From the NCBI GenBank assembly GCA_963705615.1, contig CAVPKE010000007.1:10742-74741 (forward strand): a DNA stretch of 64,000 nucleotides, given 5' to 3'. The translations under genes were made by a program, and so were the position numbers. This DNA comes from an uncultured beta proteobacterium. GTDB taxonomy: Bacteria; Pseudomonadota; Gammaproteobacteria; Burkholderiales; SHXO01. The notes below the pieces were generated by a model. The model worked only from the letters and a program-made list of their open reading frames with translations, was not told the DNA's origin and searched no databases. This document shows, in pieces, positions 1-8,206 of the stretch (positions are counted from its first letter, which is position 1; each line of letters begins with the position of its first letter).

Positions 1-1542
1 GGCCGGGTTGGTCGTCGTAGGGGCGGCGCAGGACGTCGAGCAGTTCGTGGATGCCGGCGGCATCGCCCTGTTCGGCGCGGTCGATCGCCTGCTGCGCGAG
101 GTAGTTGCGCAGGACGTAGCGGGGGTTGGCGGCATGCATGCGTGCGCGCCGCTCGGTGGGCGGCAGCCCATCGCGGCGTACGCGTGCGGCATAGCGGGCC
201 AGCCAGTCGTTGAACGCCGGCTCGGCGCGCCGCTGCTTCGCCTCGTCGTAGAACGCGTGGGTGAGCGGCGCCAAGCGTCGGCGCGTCGAGGTCCACGTCG
301 CTCAGCGCGCGGAAGAACAGGGTCATGTCGACCTCCGCTTCCTGCAGCAGCGCGTACAGCGCCTGCATCAGCTCGACGTCCTCGTCCAGGCACTCCGCCA
401 GGCCCAGCTTGGCCGCGATGTTGCTGCGCTCGGCCGCGACGTACGTGTCGGCATAACGCTGCAGCCCCGCGTGCAGGGGATCGGCCGAGGCGAAGGCGGG
501 CGCCAGCGCATTGGCGAGCTGGCCGAGATTCCAGTACGCGATCTGCGGCTGCTGGCCGAAGCGGTAGCGGCGCTGCCCCGCGTCGGTGGTGTTGGGCGTC
601 CAGTCGAGGTCGAAGTCGTCGATCCAGCCATACGGCCCGTAGTCGATGGTGAGCCCCAGGATGGACATGTTGTCGGTGTTCATCACCCCGTGCACGAAGC
701 CCACCCGCATCCAGTGCGCGATCATGCGCGCGGTGCGCTCGCACACCTGCCCGAACCACTCTGCGCGCAGCTGCTCGCTCGCACTCTCCCCTGCCCCGAG
801 ACCCAGCTCCGGAAAATCGCGCCGGATGGTGAAGTCGATCAGCTGCTTCAGCAGGGCCACGTCGTCGCGCGAGGCCGGCAGCTCGAAGTTGCCGAAGCGG
901 ATGAACGAGGGCGCCACCCGGCACACGATCGCACCGGGCTCGGCCTTGGGGTGGCCGTCGTAGAACATGTCGCGCACGACCTCGCTCGCCGGTCGCCACC
1001 AGGCTCAGCGCGCGGGTGGTGGGCACGCCGAGGTGATGCATCGCCTCGCTGCAGAGGAACTCGCGCACCGAGGAGCGCAGCACGGCGCGGCCGTCGGCGG
1101 TGCGCGCATAGGGCGTGGGGCCCGCGCCCTTGAGCTGCAGCTCCCAGCGCTCGCCCGCCGCGTTGATGGTTTCGCCCAGGGTGATGGCGCGCCCGTCACC
1201 GAGCTGCCCGGCCCAGTGGCCGAACTGGTGCCCGCCGTAGTTGGCCGCATAGGGCTGCATGCCCTCGAGCAGCGCGTTGCCGCCGAAGACCTGCGCAAAC
1301 TCCGGCGAGGCGATGGCGGCTTCGTCGATGCCCAGCAGCGCCGCCACTTCGGGCGAATGCGCGATGAGCCGCGGCGCGGAGACCGGCTCGGGCTTCACCC
1401 ACGAGTACAGCGCCCCGTGCACCTGCCGCCGCTGCGGGCCAACGTGGGGATCGGCCGGCAGCTCGCGGACGAAGCGGTTGTCGAAGCGGAGGGATTGCAG
1501 GGAGCCGGTTGCCGGCGGGGGGAGAGAGGCGAGATCGTTCAT
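1..1542 (-). CDS. selO: Protein adenylyltransferase SelO (YdiU/UPF0061). The C-terminus runs off the left edge and the frame changes twice.
   Basis: Absent from the ORF track because it is open at the window edge. Hand translation from ATG 1542-1540 gives [32 protein letters not shown]...[27 protein letters not shown]...[13 protein letters not shown]...[21 protein letters not shown]. In other frames it continues [33 protein letters not shown]...[23 protein letters not shown] and ...[19 protein letters not shown]. Frame changes lie near 985 and 270. Confidence 0.85.
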   Translation of the reverse strand, partial: MNDLASLPPPATGSLQSLRFDNRFVRELPADPHVGPQRRQVHGALYSWVKPEPVSAPRLIAHSPEVAALLGIDEAAIASPEFAQVFGGNALLEGMQPYAANYGGHQFGHWAGQLGDGRAITLGETINAAGERWELQLKGAGPTPYARTADGRAVLRSSVREFLCSEAMHHLGVPTTRALSLVATGERGRARHVLRRPPQGRARCDRVPGGALVHPLRQLRAAGLARRRGPAEAADRLHHPARFSGAGSRGRGECERAAARRVVRAGVRAHRAHDRALDAGGLRARGDEHRQHVHPGAHHRLRAVWLDRRLRPRLDAQHHRRGAAPLPLRPAAADRVLESRPARQCAGARLRLGRSPARGAAALCRHVRRGRAQQHRGQAGPGGVPGRGRRADAGAVRAAAGSGGRHDPVLPRAERRGPRRADAWRRSPTRSTTRRSSGAPSRRSTTGWPAMPHAYAAMGCRPPSGAHACMPPTPATSCATTSRSRRSTAPNRAMPPASTNCSTSCAAPTTTNPA

Positions 1543-1581
1543 TTGGGTCAGTCTACTCCCACCACCCCGCCCACTGCGTGG

Positions 1582-1803
1582 TCACCCCTCCTCCGGCAGG
1601 AGGGGAAAAAGCTTGCGTTGTTTCCCGTGATCGTATGTCGAGTCGTATTGGATAGTACCGAACTGGTCGAGAATCGCCTGCTGACGCAGCCAACGCACGT
1701 ACTCGCCAAGAGCTCGGTTGACGGCCTCCCGTTTTGTCTTGTGTCGGCCGAGCTTCTGCGCGACTTCGACGAGCTTGTCGTCGAGATCTAGATTCGTTGC
1801 CAT
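1582..1803 (-). CDS. VapB-type (DUF2191-like) type II antitoxin with no cognate toxin next to it
   Basis: MATNLDLDDKLVEVAQKLGRHKTKREAVNRALGEYVRWLRQQAILDQFGTIQYDSTYD matches the ribbon-helix-helix VapB pattern (xxLDIDDxL..A......TKxEAVxxAL). The internal ATG at 1803 is the likely start. The last 7 codons (PLLPEEG) are encoded by a REP-like hairpin. Confidence 0.7.
   Translation of the reverse strand: MATNLDLDDKLVEVAQKLGRHKTKREAVNRALGEYVRWLRQQAILDQFGTIQYDSTYDHGKQRKLFPLLPEEG
1585..1605. repeat. GC-rich hairpin (CCCCTCCT-ccggc-AGGAGGGG), a REP-like element embedded in the 3' end of the VapB ORF
   Basis: Perfect 8-bp inverted repeat at 1585-1592 / 1598-1605. It is related in sequence to the CCCTC...GGGGAGGG elements at 7449, 8089, 17577 and 37575. 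Confidence 0.5.
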
Positions 1804-1861
1804 GTCTGTTCCGGAGAGTTCGCGACGTAGTTTACACAAAGGCTTGTTGCTCCACTCCGAC

Positions 1862-2242
1862 TCACGCGACTCGCCGAGCCGATGCAGAGCCCGCCTTAGC
1901 GGATCGCTTTCTCGGCACCCGCACAGACCTCACCTGCAGGCTCACGCCGCTGTGCCGCTGCAGCTGGGCAAGCACGCTGAAGATGTTAGCGGCGGTCGGA
2001 TTGCCGCTCGGTCCGAACATGCGCACTAGGCTTTTCTCGGGCGTGCCGGTCCGCCGGCTCAGCTCGGCGTATCCCATCGAGCCTTTGATCACGTCGCGAA
2101 TCAGGCTGCGAGCCACGTCGAGTTCGCCGGCGAGCATCTCCTGCACGGCCTCCTGAAGTAGCTCATCGGCGAAGGCCTCTTCACGGCCGACACGGGCTTG
2201 TACGACTTCATCGAATGGACGCCCACGTGGCGCGTTACTCAT
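1862..2242 (-). CDS. HigA-family addiction-module antidote protein (HTH)
   Basis: 126-aa ORF: ...FADELLQEAVQEMLAGELDVARSLIRDVIKGSMGYAELSRRTGTPEKSLVRMFGPSGNPTAANIFSVLAQL. This is the typical antidote partner of RelE/HigB-like killer proteins. It sits 12 bp downstream of the toxin remnant and has a GAGG RBS. Confidence 0.8.
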   Translation of the reverse strand: MSNAPRGRPFDEVVQARVGREEAFADELLQEAVQEMLAGELDVARSLIRDVIKGSMGYAELSRRTGTPEKSLVRMFGPSGNPTAANIFSVLAQLQRHSGVSLQVRSVRVPRKRSAKAGSASARRVA

Positions 2243-2254
2243 GATCCTTGCCTC

Positions 2255-2564
2255 CTAGCTACGCTTGCGCCGCTTGTAGTCCGCCCAGCGGCCTTGTGCG
2301 GCAGCGATGTCCAGCTGCTGGCGCTGCTTGGTTCCGCCCCCAAGCAGAACGATCAAGCGGTCACCGTCCCGCCCGAAGTACACACGGTAGCCAGGTCCCC
2401 AATCGATGCGTCGCTCCAGCACTCCGCTTCCGACTGGCTTGACTTCAGAGAGGTTGCCCGCTGCATTCGCTTGAGTGTGTGGCAGCTGCGGTGAACGTCG
2501 AGGTCATTACAGACCCGAAACGGCTCCGCCCGCTTGAATCCCGGTAGGTGACCAGCTCAAGCAT
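2255..2564 (-). pseudogene. RelE/HigB-like addiction-module killer protein with a disrupted reading frame
   Basis: Hand translation gives MLELVTYRDSSGRSRFG in frame [16 protein letters not shown] in frame B, and [67 protein letters not shown] in frame C. The C-terminal block is the canonical killer-protein signature. There are at least 2 frame changes in about 80 bp. Each piece is under 60 aa, so none appears in the ORF track. Confidence 0.7.
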
Positions 2565-2712
2565 TGCTTAAGTAACATATACGTTACGACATGTCCACCG
2601 ACAGACGGAGAGGAAACCGCTTTACGACCCTTCCTGCCAGGAGGGCTCACAGGCGGGTGTTGAAGCTGTCCACCGCCCTCGTATCGGCCCTCTCCTATGA
2701 GGCGACTCTGAC

Positions 2713-3842
2713 TCAGTGCGAGCCGCTGCTCGTCCTCGACCTGGAGGGCCTCGCGCGTGGTTCCGTCGGGATCTCCGGTTCCGTTCCGCGGCTGAGGATT
2801 GCAAGATAGCGGTCGTACACGAACACCCGATCGCGCTGCCGGCCGGTCGCCTCACGGACGATACGTACCTGCGCGAGGTTTTCCAGCGCTTTGGTCACGG
2901 TCGGAACCGAGAGCTTCGACTCGGCAGCCATGCTGGCGATCGTGCAGATCGGCCGTGATTGCAGCGCGTGGTGGACGCGGATGGCCGAGCTGGCGGCCCG
3001 ACCCAGCTCGGTGAGCTTGTCGCCATCCCTTCGAAACAGCTCGGACAACGCTCGCGCGGTCTCGACGGCACCGGCCGCCGTGTGCGCGACTGCTTCCACG
3101 AAAAAGGCCAGCCAGCGCTCCCAATCACCTTCCCGGCGCACGACGTCGAGCAGCTCGTAGTATTGCTGCCGGTGCTCCTTGAGGTAGAGGCTCAAGTAGA
3201 GCAAGGGTTCCTGCAAGACGCCTTCCACGCAAAGCAAGAGCGCGATCAGCAGCCGGCCTACGCGGCCGTTGCCGTCCAGAAAGGGGTGGATCGTCTCGAA
3301 CTGGAGATGCGCGAGCGCTGCCTTCACCAGTGTGGAGGTGCGCTCCGGTTGATCGTGAATGAACCGCTCGAGCGCCGCCATGCAATCGGGCACGCGTTGC
3401 GGCGGCGGTGGAACGAAGGACGCATTGCCCGCCGCGTTCCTCCGATCCAATTCTGCGACGCGGCTGCTTGCCAGCACCGCGACCCTTCGCAGCAGAATGC
3501 CGTGTACTTCGCACAGCAGCCGATTGGAGACGGAAATCCCTCACGCAGCCGCAACCCGTGCTCCAGCGCCGCGACGTAGTTGGAGACTCGAGCCGCAGGG
3601 GAACGCCAGGCGTTCCCTCCAGCTCGTACAACAACAGATCCGACAATGACGATTGGGTCCCCTCTATCTGAGAGGACAGAACGGCTTCTTTGCGGACGTA
3701 CGTGTACAGGAACAAATGCGTGTCGGGGAGCAGGCTGCTCACACTGTCCAGGCGTCCCAGCGCGAGCAGGCGCACGGTCGAACGCCTCTCGCAAATCCGC
3801 ATTCCAGTCGAGCGGCGGGCTGGGCGGGAGGGGTGCAGGCAC
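2713..3842 (-). pseudogene. Fic family protein (Fic N-terminal domain, HPFxDGNGR core, C-terminal wHTH) with multiple frame changes
   Basis: Pieces in three frames: MPAPLPPSPPLDWNADLREAFDRA; LLALGRLDSVSSLLPDTHLFLYTYVRKEAVLSSQIEGTQSSLSDLLLYELEG; VSNYVAALEHGLRL; NRLLCEVHGILL; GRGAGKQP; SQNWIGGTR; NASFVPPPPQRVPDCMAALERFIHDQ...ALAHLQFETIHPFLDGNGRVGRLLIALLL. There are at least 6 frame switches between about 3400 and 3800. Confidence 0.85.
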
Positions 3843-3993
3843 GAAGGCGCGGACTGTCTCTGCGCCCGACCGACGAAGCCGTTTCGTATGTGCCAGTCGA
3901 GCCGCGTCTCAAGGGGGCTAATTAAAGTGAGCTTAACCAGGGCAGAGCTTATTAAAGCTTTGGCAGATTAGCTTTAACAGCTCGTCGCGTCAA

Positions 3994-4224
3994 TCACTTA
4001 CAGACGGGTTTTGGGGCTTCCCGACTTCCGTGAAGCTGGCCGCGGAGTTCTCGCACGCGGGGCGGAAGAGGAACAAGCGGCTCGAACCCGCCGCGGATGG
4101 CCTCAGCCAGGTTGCCGGGTAATGCTCGGCCTTCGGCAAGGGTCGCCTGCAGGATATGTCGAGCCTCCTCCTCCATCGATCGCTTGTGGCGCGCCGCTCC
4201 CACGCCGATGCGGATCGCACGCAA
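3994..4224 (-). CDS. FitA/VapB-like (Arc/MetJ-type) antitoxin, apparently N-terminally truncated and lacking a toxin
   Basis: ...LDQRARLRAIRIGVGAARHKRSMEEEARHILQATLAEG....NLAEAIRGGFEPL resembles the RLRxRAAxHGRSMEEEARxIL antitoxin motif. No ATG/GTG start precedes the strand-forming N-terminus. There is no room for a PIN toxin downstream (3843-3993). Confidence 0.45.
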   Translation of the reverse strand: MRAIRIGVGAARHKRSMEEEARHILQATLAEGRALPGNLAEAIRGGFEPLVPLPPRVRELRGQLHGSREAPKPVCK

Positions 4225-4250
4225 GCGAGCCCTCTGATCTAATACGAGAA

Positions 4251-5949
4251 ATGCTCGGTCGCTTTCGCCTCTACAGCGGGCTAATCCTGTTCGCGTACCT
4301 GGTGGGACATCTCGCCAACCACGCGCTCGGCGTGATCTCGCTCGAGGCGATGAACGCCGGCATACCGTTCACCATCGCGCCTTGGCGCACTCTGCCTGGC
4401 ACCGTGCTGCTGGGTGGCGCCGCCCTGGTCCATGTCACCGTCGGGCTGCGTTCGCTGTATCTGCGCCAGACGCTGCGCATGCCGGCGTGGCAGCTCGCCC
4501 AGACCGTGCTCGGACTTCTCATTCCGTTCGGCTTGATCGGGCATGTCCTCGGCAGCCGCGGCTTGCATGAGGCATTCGGGGTTCATGGCAGTTACCTCAC
4601 CGAGCTTGCCGCATTGTGGCTGCTGCTGCCGGGATTCGGGGTGTTGCAGGCGGTGCTGGTGGTGGTTGCCTGGCTGCATGCGTGCATCGGCCTGCACACC
4701 TGGCTCAGACTCAAGCCGTGGTACGCGGCGCACGAGCGGCTCGCCTTCTGCGTTCGCGCTGCTGTGGCCGGCGCTCGCGCTTGCCGGTTATGTCTCCGGC
4801 GGGATGCAGGTGGTGCGGCGGGCGGCCGAGGAGGGCTGGTTCGAACACATGGCCACTGAGGCCGGCCTGACCTTCAGCATGATCGACTGGGTGATGCACT
4901 GGGACACTCGCGTCACCGCGGGCTTCGCGCTCCTGCTGGTGGCGTTGTTCGCGATGCGCGTGCAGCGGACGCGGCGTGCCCCCGCCACCGGTCAGCTGCG
5001 CCTGCGCTACCAGGATCGCACGATGGTCGCTGTGCGCCCCGGCATGACCGTGCTCGAGGCGCTGCGCGCTGCGCGCATCCCGCACGCTTCGGTGTGCGGC
5101 GGGCGCGGGCGCTGCTCGACCTGCCGGATCCATATCGATGCCGGCGCCGAGCACTTGCCGGCCCCGCACGATGACGAGCTCAGGGTGCTCAGGCGAATCG
5201 CAGCGCCGGCGTCGGTGCGGCTCGCCTGCCAGCTGCGTCCGCTGACCCACCTGTCGGTCACCCCACTGCTGCCCGCGAGCGCGACGGCGGCGGACGCGAT
5301 GGAGCGCGCGGTGTACCAGCGCAGCGAGGAGCGGGCGGTAGCGCTGTTGTTCGCCGATCTGCGTGGCTTCACGCGTCTGGCCGAATCACGGCTGCCCTAC
5401 GACGTGGTGTTCGTGCTCAACCGCTACCGCGAGGAGATGGCGCACGCCATCGAGAGCGCCGGCGGCGTGGTCAACGAGTTCGTCGGCGACGGCGTGATGG
5501 CACTGTTCGGGCTGAGCAGCAACGTCGAGACCGGCTGCCGCCAGGCGATGGCGGCCGCGCGCGCCATGCTCGAGCGGCTGGAACAGCTCAACCGCACGCT
5601 CGCCGCCGAGCTGAGCGAGCCGCTGCGCATCGGCATCGGCATCCACGCCGGCCCGGTGATCCTCGGCGAGATGGGCTATGCCAACCTGAAGGGGATCACG
5701 GTGGTCGGCGACGTGGTCAACACCGCGAGCCGGCTCGAGGAGATGACCAAACGCTTCGGCGCGCAGGTGGTGATGTCGGAGGACGCAGCCACCCATCTCG
5801 GCGATAGCATTGCCGGTTGGCAGCGCCACGACGTCGAGGTGCGCGGCCGGCTGCGGACGATGACGGTGCTGGTGTCGGATGCTGCGCTGGCAGTCGCAAC
5901 ACCCCCGGCGGTTCTTGACGCCGACAGATCTCGTTCTGGGATGGACTGA
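4251..5949 (+). CDS. Membrane-anchored 2Fe-2S ferredoxin / class III adenylate-guanylate cyclase fusion protein (one frame change near 4750)
   Basis: N-terminal His-bearing TM helices (LILFAYLVGHLANHALG, ALVHVTVG, LIGHVLGS, VVAWLHACIGLHTWL) continue in a second frame (FALLWPALALAGYVSGG...). They are followed by a plant-type ferredoxin motif (PHASVCGGRGRCSTCRIHI...RLACQ) and a cyclase domain (ALLFADLRGFTRL...FVGDGVMALFG...IGIHAGPVILGEMG...VVGDVVNTASRLE). Confidence 0.85.
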
Positions 5950-5968
5950 TCGTCCGCACCGCATCGTA

Positions 5969-6362
5969 CTACCCACCCGAGTCATCACGACCCCAATGCC
6001 CCTGCAGATCAAAGGAGAGCTGGAGGTGATGCTTGATCGCAAGCAGGTAGACATCCGGATCGCGCAGCGCATAGAGGATCAGGTAATCGCCTGCGATCAG
6101 CTCTCGCACAACCGCGGATCGGTCGAGCCGCGTCTTCAACCTTTCGAGCCTCAGCAGACTCTGTCTTGAGCGCGGGACGCGGGCTAGGAAATCGATCCCG
6201 ATTTCAGGGAAAGATTCGAGATTGGGAATGATGGTGTCGAACAATTGGCCCAGCAACTCCGCGAACGCACGGCTGCGCATCGTGTTCTGCCAGGAAGGCT
6301 TGGATGCTGTCGAGGTTGTGCTGGAAGTTCGCGGTGATCCTGACGGTGCAACGCCGAGCCAT
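5969..6362 (-). CDS. ParE/RelE-family toxin (one frame change near 6285)
   Basis: MARRCTVRITANFQHNLDSIQAFLAEHDAQ (hand translation from ATG 6362) joins RAFAELLGQLFDTIIPNLESFPEIGIDFL...VRELIAGDYLILYALRDPDVYLLAIKHHLQLSFD. Its start lies 13 bp after the stop of the Phd antitoxin. Confidence 0.75.
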
Positions 6363-6374
6363 GCTCAGGCCAGC

Positions 6375-6665
6375 TCAGCGCTTCTTGGCCACTTTGTACT
6401 TGGCGCGGACCTGAGCAACGGTGAGCGTTCGGCCCTGCTCGACGTCTTCCCATCCCTTGGATGCTTCCTCCAGCAGTAGCAGATGGATCTGCTCGCGCTC
6501 GAGTCGGTGATAGTGGTCGAGCCGCCGCGGGTCGACGAGCGCCACGTAGCTTTCGCCGTTGCGGGTGATGATCTTTTCACTGCCCGCGCGCACCTCTTCA
6601 GCCAACTCGGTGAACCGAGCTCGGACCTGATTGAGGGGCACGATGTCTTTAGATGTGATCGCCAT
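6375..6665 (-). CDS. Phd/YefM-family antitoxin
   Basis: MAITSKDIVPLNQVRARFTELAEEVRAGSEKIITRNGESYVALVDPRRLDHYHRLE. The internal ATG at 6665 is the likely start. Confidence 0.85.
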   Translation of the reverse strand: MAITSKDIVPLNQVRARFTELAEEVRAGSEKIITRNGESYVALVDPRRLDHYHRLEREQIHLLLLEEASKGWEDVEQGRTLTVAQVRAKYKVAKKR

Positions 6666-6754
6666 GTTGCTGCCTGGATGCTGTAATGCATCCATTAACG
6701 CATGCCTTAACATTCTGGTCAAGGCGGGCCTGTAGCCCCCATGGAGAGAGGGAG

Positions 6755-7153
6755 TCAACGCCCTCCTGCAACCGCCCGCGAGTTGCCCTCGAGCCAGCGC
6801 GCGAGTTGCTTTTGGTCGAGCTTGCCGGCAGCGAGGTCGAGAAATACCAGGACGGTCGCCGCTTCCTCTGCCTGAACCTCCCAGCCGTTGAGTGCCAGGA
6901 AGGTGAAGGCCGCGATCAGGGAGATCCGCTTGTTGCCATCGACGAAGGGATGATTGCGGGCCAGCCCGAAGGCATAGGCCGCGGCCAGCTCGAATACGCT
7001 GGCCGGCCCATAGGCGGCGAGGTGTTTCGGCCGCGCCGCCGCAGACTCCAGCAGCGCCTGATCGCGCAGGCCCGGCCGGCCGCCGAACTCGGCGATCACC
7101 TCACGGTGCATCGCGACGAGATCGGCAGCCTCGAGCCAGCGCCATCGCTTCAC
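6755..7153 (-). CDS. doc: Doc (death-on-curing) toxin with a Fic fold
   Basis: 132-aa ORF with ...VIAEFGGRPGLRDQALLESAAARP...FGLARNHPFVDGNKRISL. It overlaps the upstream antitoxin by 4 bp. Confidence 0.9.
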   Translation of the reverse strand: MKRWRWLEAADLVAMHREVIAEFGGRPGLRDQALLESAAARPKHLAAYGPASVFELAAAYAFGLARNHPFVDGNKRISLIAAFTFLALNGWEVQAEEAATVLVFLDLAAGKLDQKQLARWLEGNSRAVAGGR

Positions 7154-7374
7154 TTCGCCAGCTCACGCAGCGCGTTGCGGTAGCGCTTCGCGACGCGTCG
7201 AGCGGCTTCCATCTTCTGTTCGAAGCTGGGATCGTAGGACGTCAGTTCGATTCCGCCGGGGGTGTCGACGTAGGCGAGCTCGTCGCCCTTCGCCACCTTC
7301 AGGCGCGCGGCAACGTCCTTGGGGAGGATGACTCCCAGGGAATTGCCGATTTGTGTAACTTTCAGGGTCGCCAT
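7150..7374 (-). CDS. AbrB/MazE/SpoVT-type antitoxin, partner of Doc
   Basis: MATLKVTQIGNSLGVILPKDVAARLKVAKGDELAYVDTPGGIELTSYDP is a SpoVT-AbrB swapped-hairpin motif. Confidence 0.85.
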   Translation of the reverse strand: MATLKVTQIGNSLGVILPKDVAARLKVAKGDELAYVDTPGGIELTSYDPSFEQKMEAARRVAKRYRNALRELAK

Positions 7375-7448
7375 TGAGGGCTCCGGTTGCAGTTATAACG
7401 GCTATTATAACGGCTCGGGAGCGCCTGCGGTATAGGGTCGACGACGGC

Positions 7449-7490
7449 GACCCCCACCCCAACCCTCGCCCGCGCGCGGGGGAGGGACGG
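7449..7490 (+). repeat. REP-like element (CCCCACCCCAACCCTCGCCCGCGCGCGGGGGAGGGAC)
   Basis: Imperfect hairpin CCCTCGCCCGCG/CGCGGGGGAGGG. It shares the CCC(T)CACCCC-N-CCCTCNCCCGCG...GGGGAGGG core with the copies at 8089, 17577 and (reverse strand) 37575. Confidence 0.6.
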
Positions 7491-7505
7491 CCGAGCGCCC
7501 AAATG

Positions 7506-8000
7506 CTATCCGGCGTACGCCCGCTTTAGTTCATTGATATCGAGCTTCTTCATTTGCAGCATTGCCTTGAAGGCTCTTTGGGATTTTTCCGGATCTCCGG
7601 TCAGCATCTCGGCCATGCCTCTGGGAACAACCTGCCATGAGGCGCCGTATTTGTCCTTGAGCCAGCCGCACTGCTGCGCCTTTTTGTCCCCGCCCTCGGA
7701 TAGTTTGTTCCAGAAATAGTCCACTTCTTCCTGCGTGTCGCAATTGACCTGGAACGAGACGGCCTCGTTGAATTTGAATATCGGGCCGCCGTTGAGGGCG
7801 GTAAACGTCTGTCCGTCGAGCTCAAACTCCACGACCATTACCGTTCCCGGCGCTTTCCCATGGATCTCGCGTCCAGCTTCTGGGTAACGAGAAATGCTCC
7901 CGATCTTTGAGTTTTTGAAGATACCGGTATAGAACTTAGCTGCTTCTTCGGCTTGAGTATCAAACCACAGACATGGGGTGATCTTTTGAACGACTGGCAT
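7506..8000 (-). CDS. VOC-superfamily protein (PhnB / 3-demethylubiquinone-9 3-methyltransferase-like domain)
   Basis: MPVVQKITPCLWFDTQAEEAAKFYTGIFKNSKIG...VMVVEFELDGQTFTALNGGP.FKFNEAVSFQVNCDTQEEVDYFWNKLSEGG....QCGWLKDKYGASWQV. The gene is visibly more AT-rich than its neighbours. Confidence 0.85.
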   Translation of the reverse strand: MPVVQKITPCLWFDTQAEEAAKFYTGIFKNSKIGSISRYPEAGREIHGKAPGTVMVVEFELDGQTFTALNGGPIFKFNEAVSFQVNCDTQEEVDYFWNKLSEGGDKKAQQCGWLKDKYGASWQVVPRGMAEMLTGDPEKSQRAFKAMLQMKKLDINELKRAYAG

Positions 8001-8088
8001 GGGGTGTCTCCTCGTTGGGTCGAATCACGGATGAGGTCATTGTGACCACCCTCTAGTCGGTTGGAGAAGCCGGAAATCGACAGTTCTG

Positions 8089-8142
8089 GCCCCCTCACCC
8101 CAGGCGCCCTCACCCCAGCCCTCTCCCGCGAGGGGAGGGGAA
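8089..8142 (+). repeat. REP-like element with a duplicated left arm (CCCCTCACCCCAGGCGCCCTCACCCCAGCCCTCTCCCGCGAGGGGAGGGGAAAG)
   Basis: Same family as 7449-7490 and in the same orientation. Stem CCCTCTCCC / GGGAGGGG. Confidence 0.6.
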
Positions 8143-8206
8143 AGCCTTCACTCCGACCCTCCCAAGCCTGGGCTGCCGCCGTCCAGGCCGGGCGATCGAT
8201 CACCTC

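Noticed and set aside
8-1791. Long plus-strand ORFs (8-652, 261-1133, 646-963, 967-1791) overlapping the selO region
   Set aside because: Their products are Arg/Ala/Gly/Pro-rich low-complexity translations with no recognisable motifs. They are antisense to a clearly identifiable SelO coding sequence. Long antisense ORFs are expected in GC-rich DNA.
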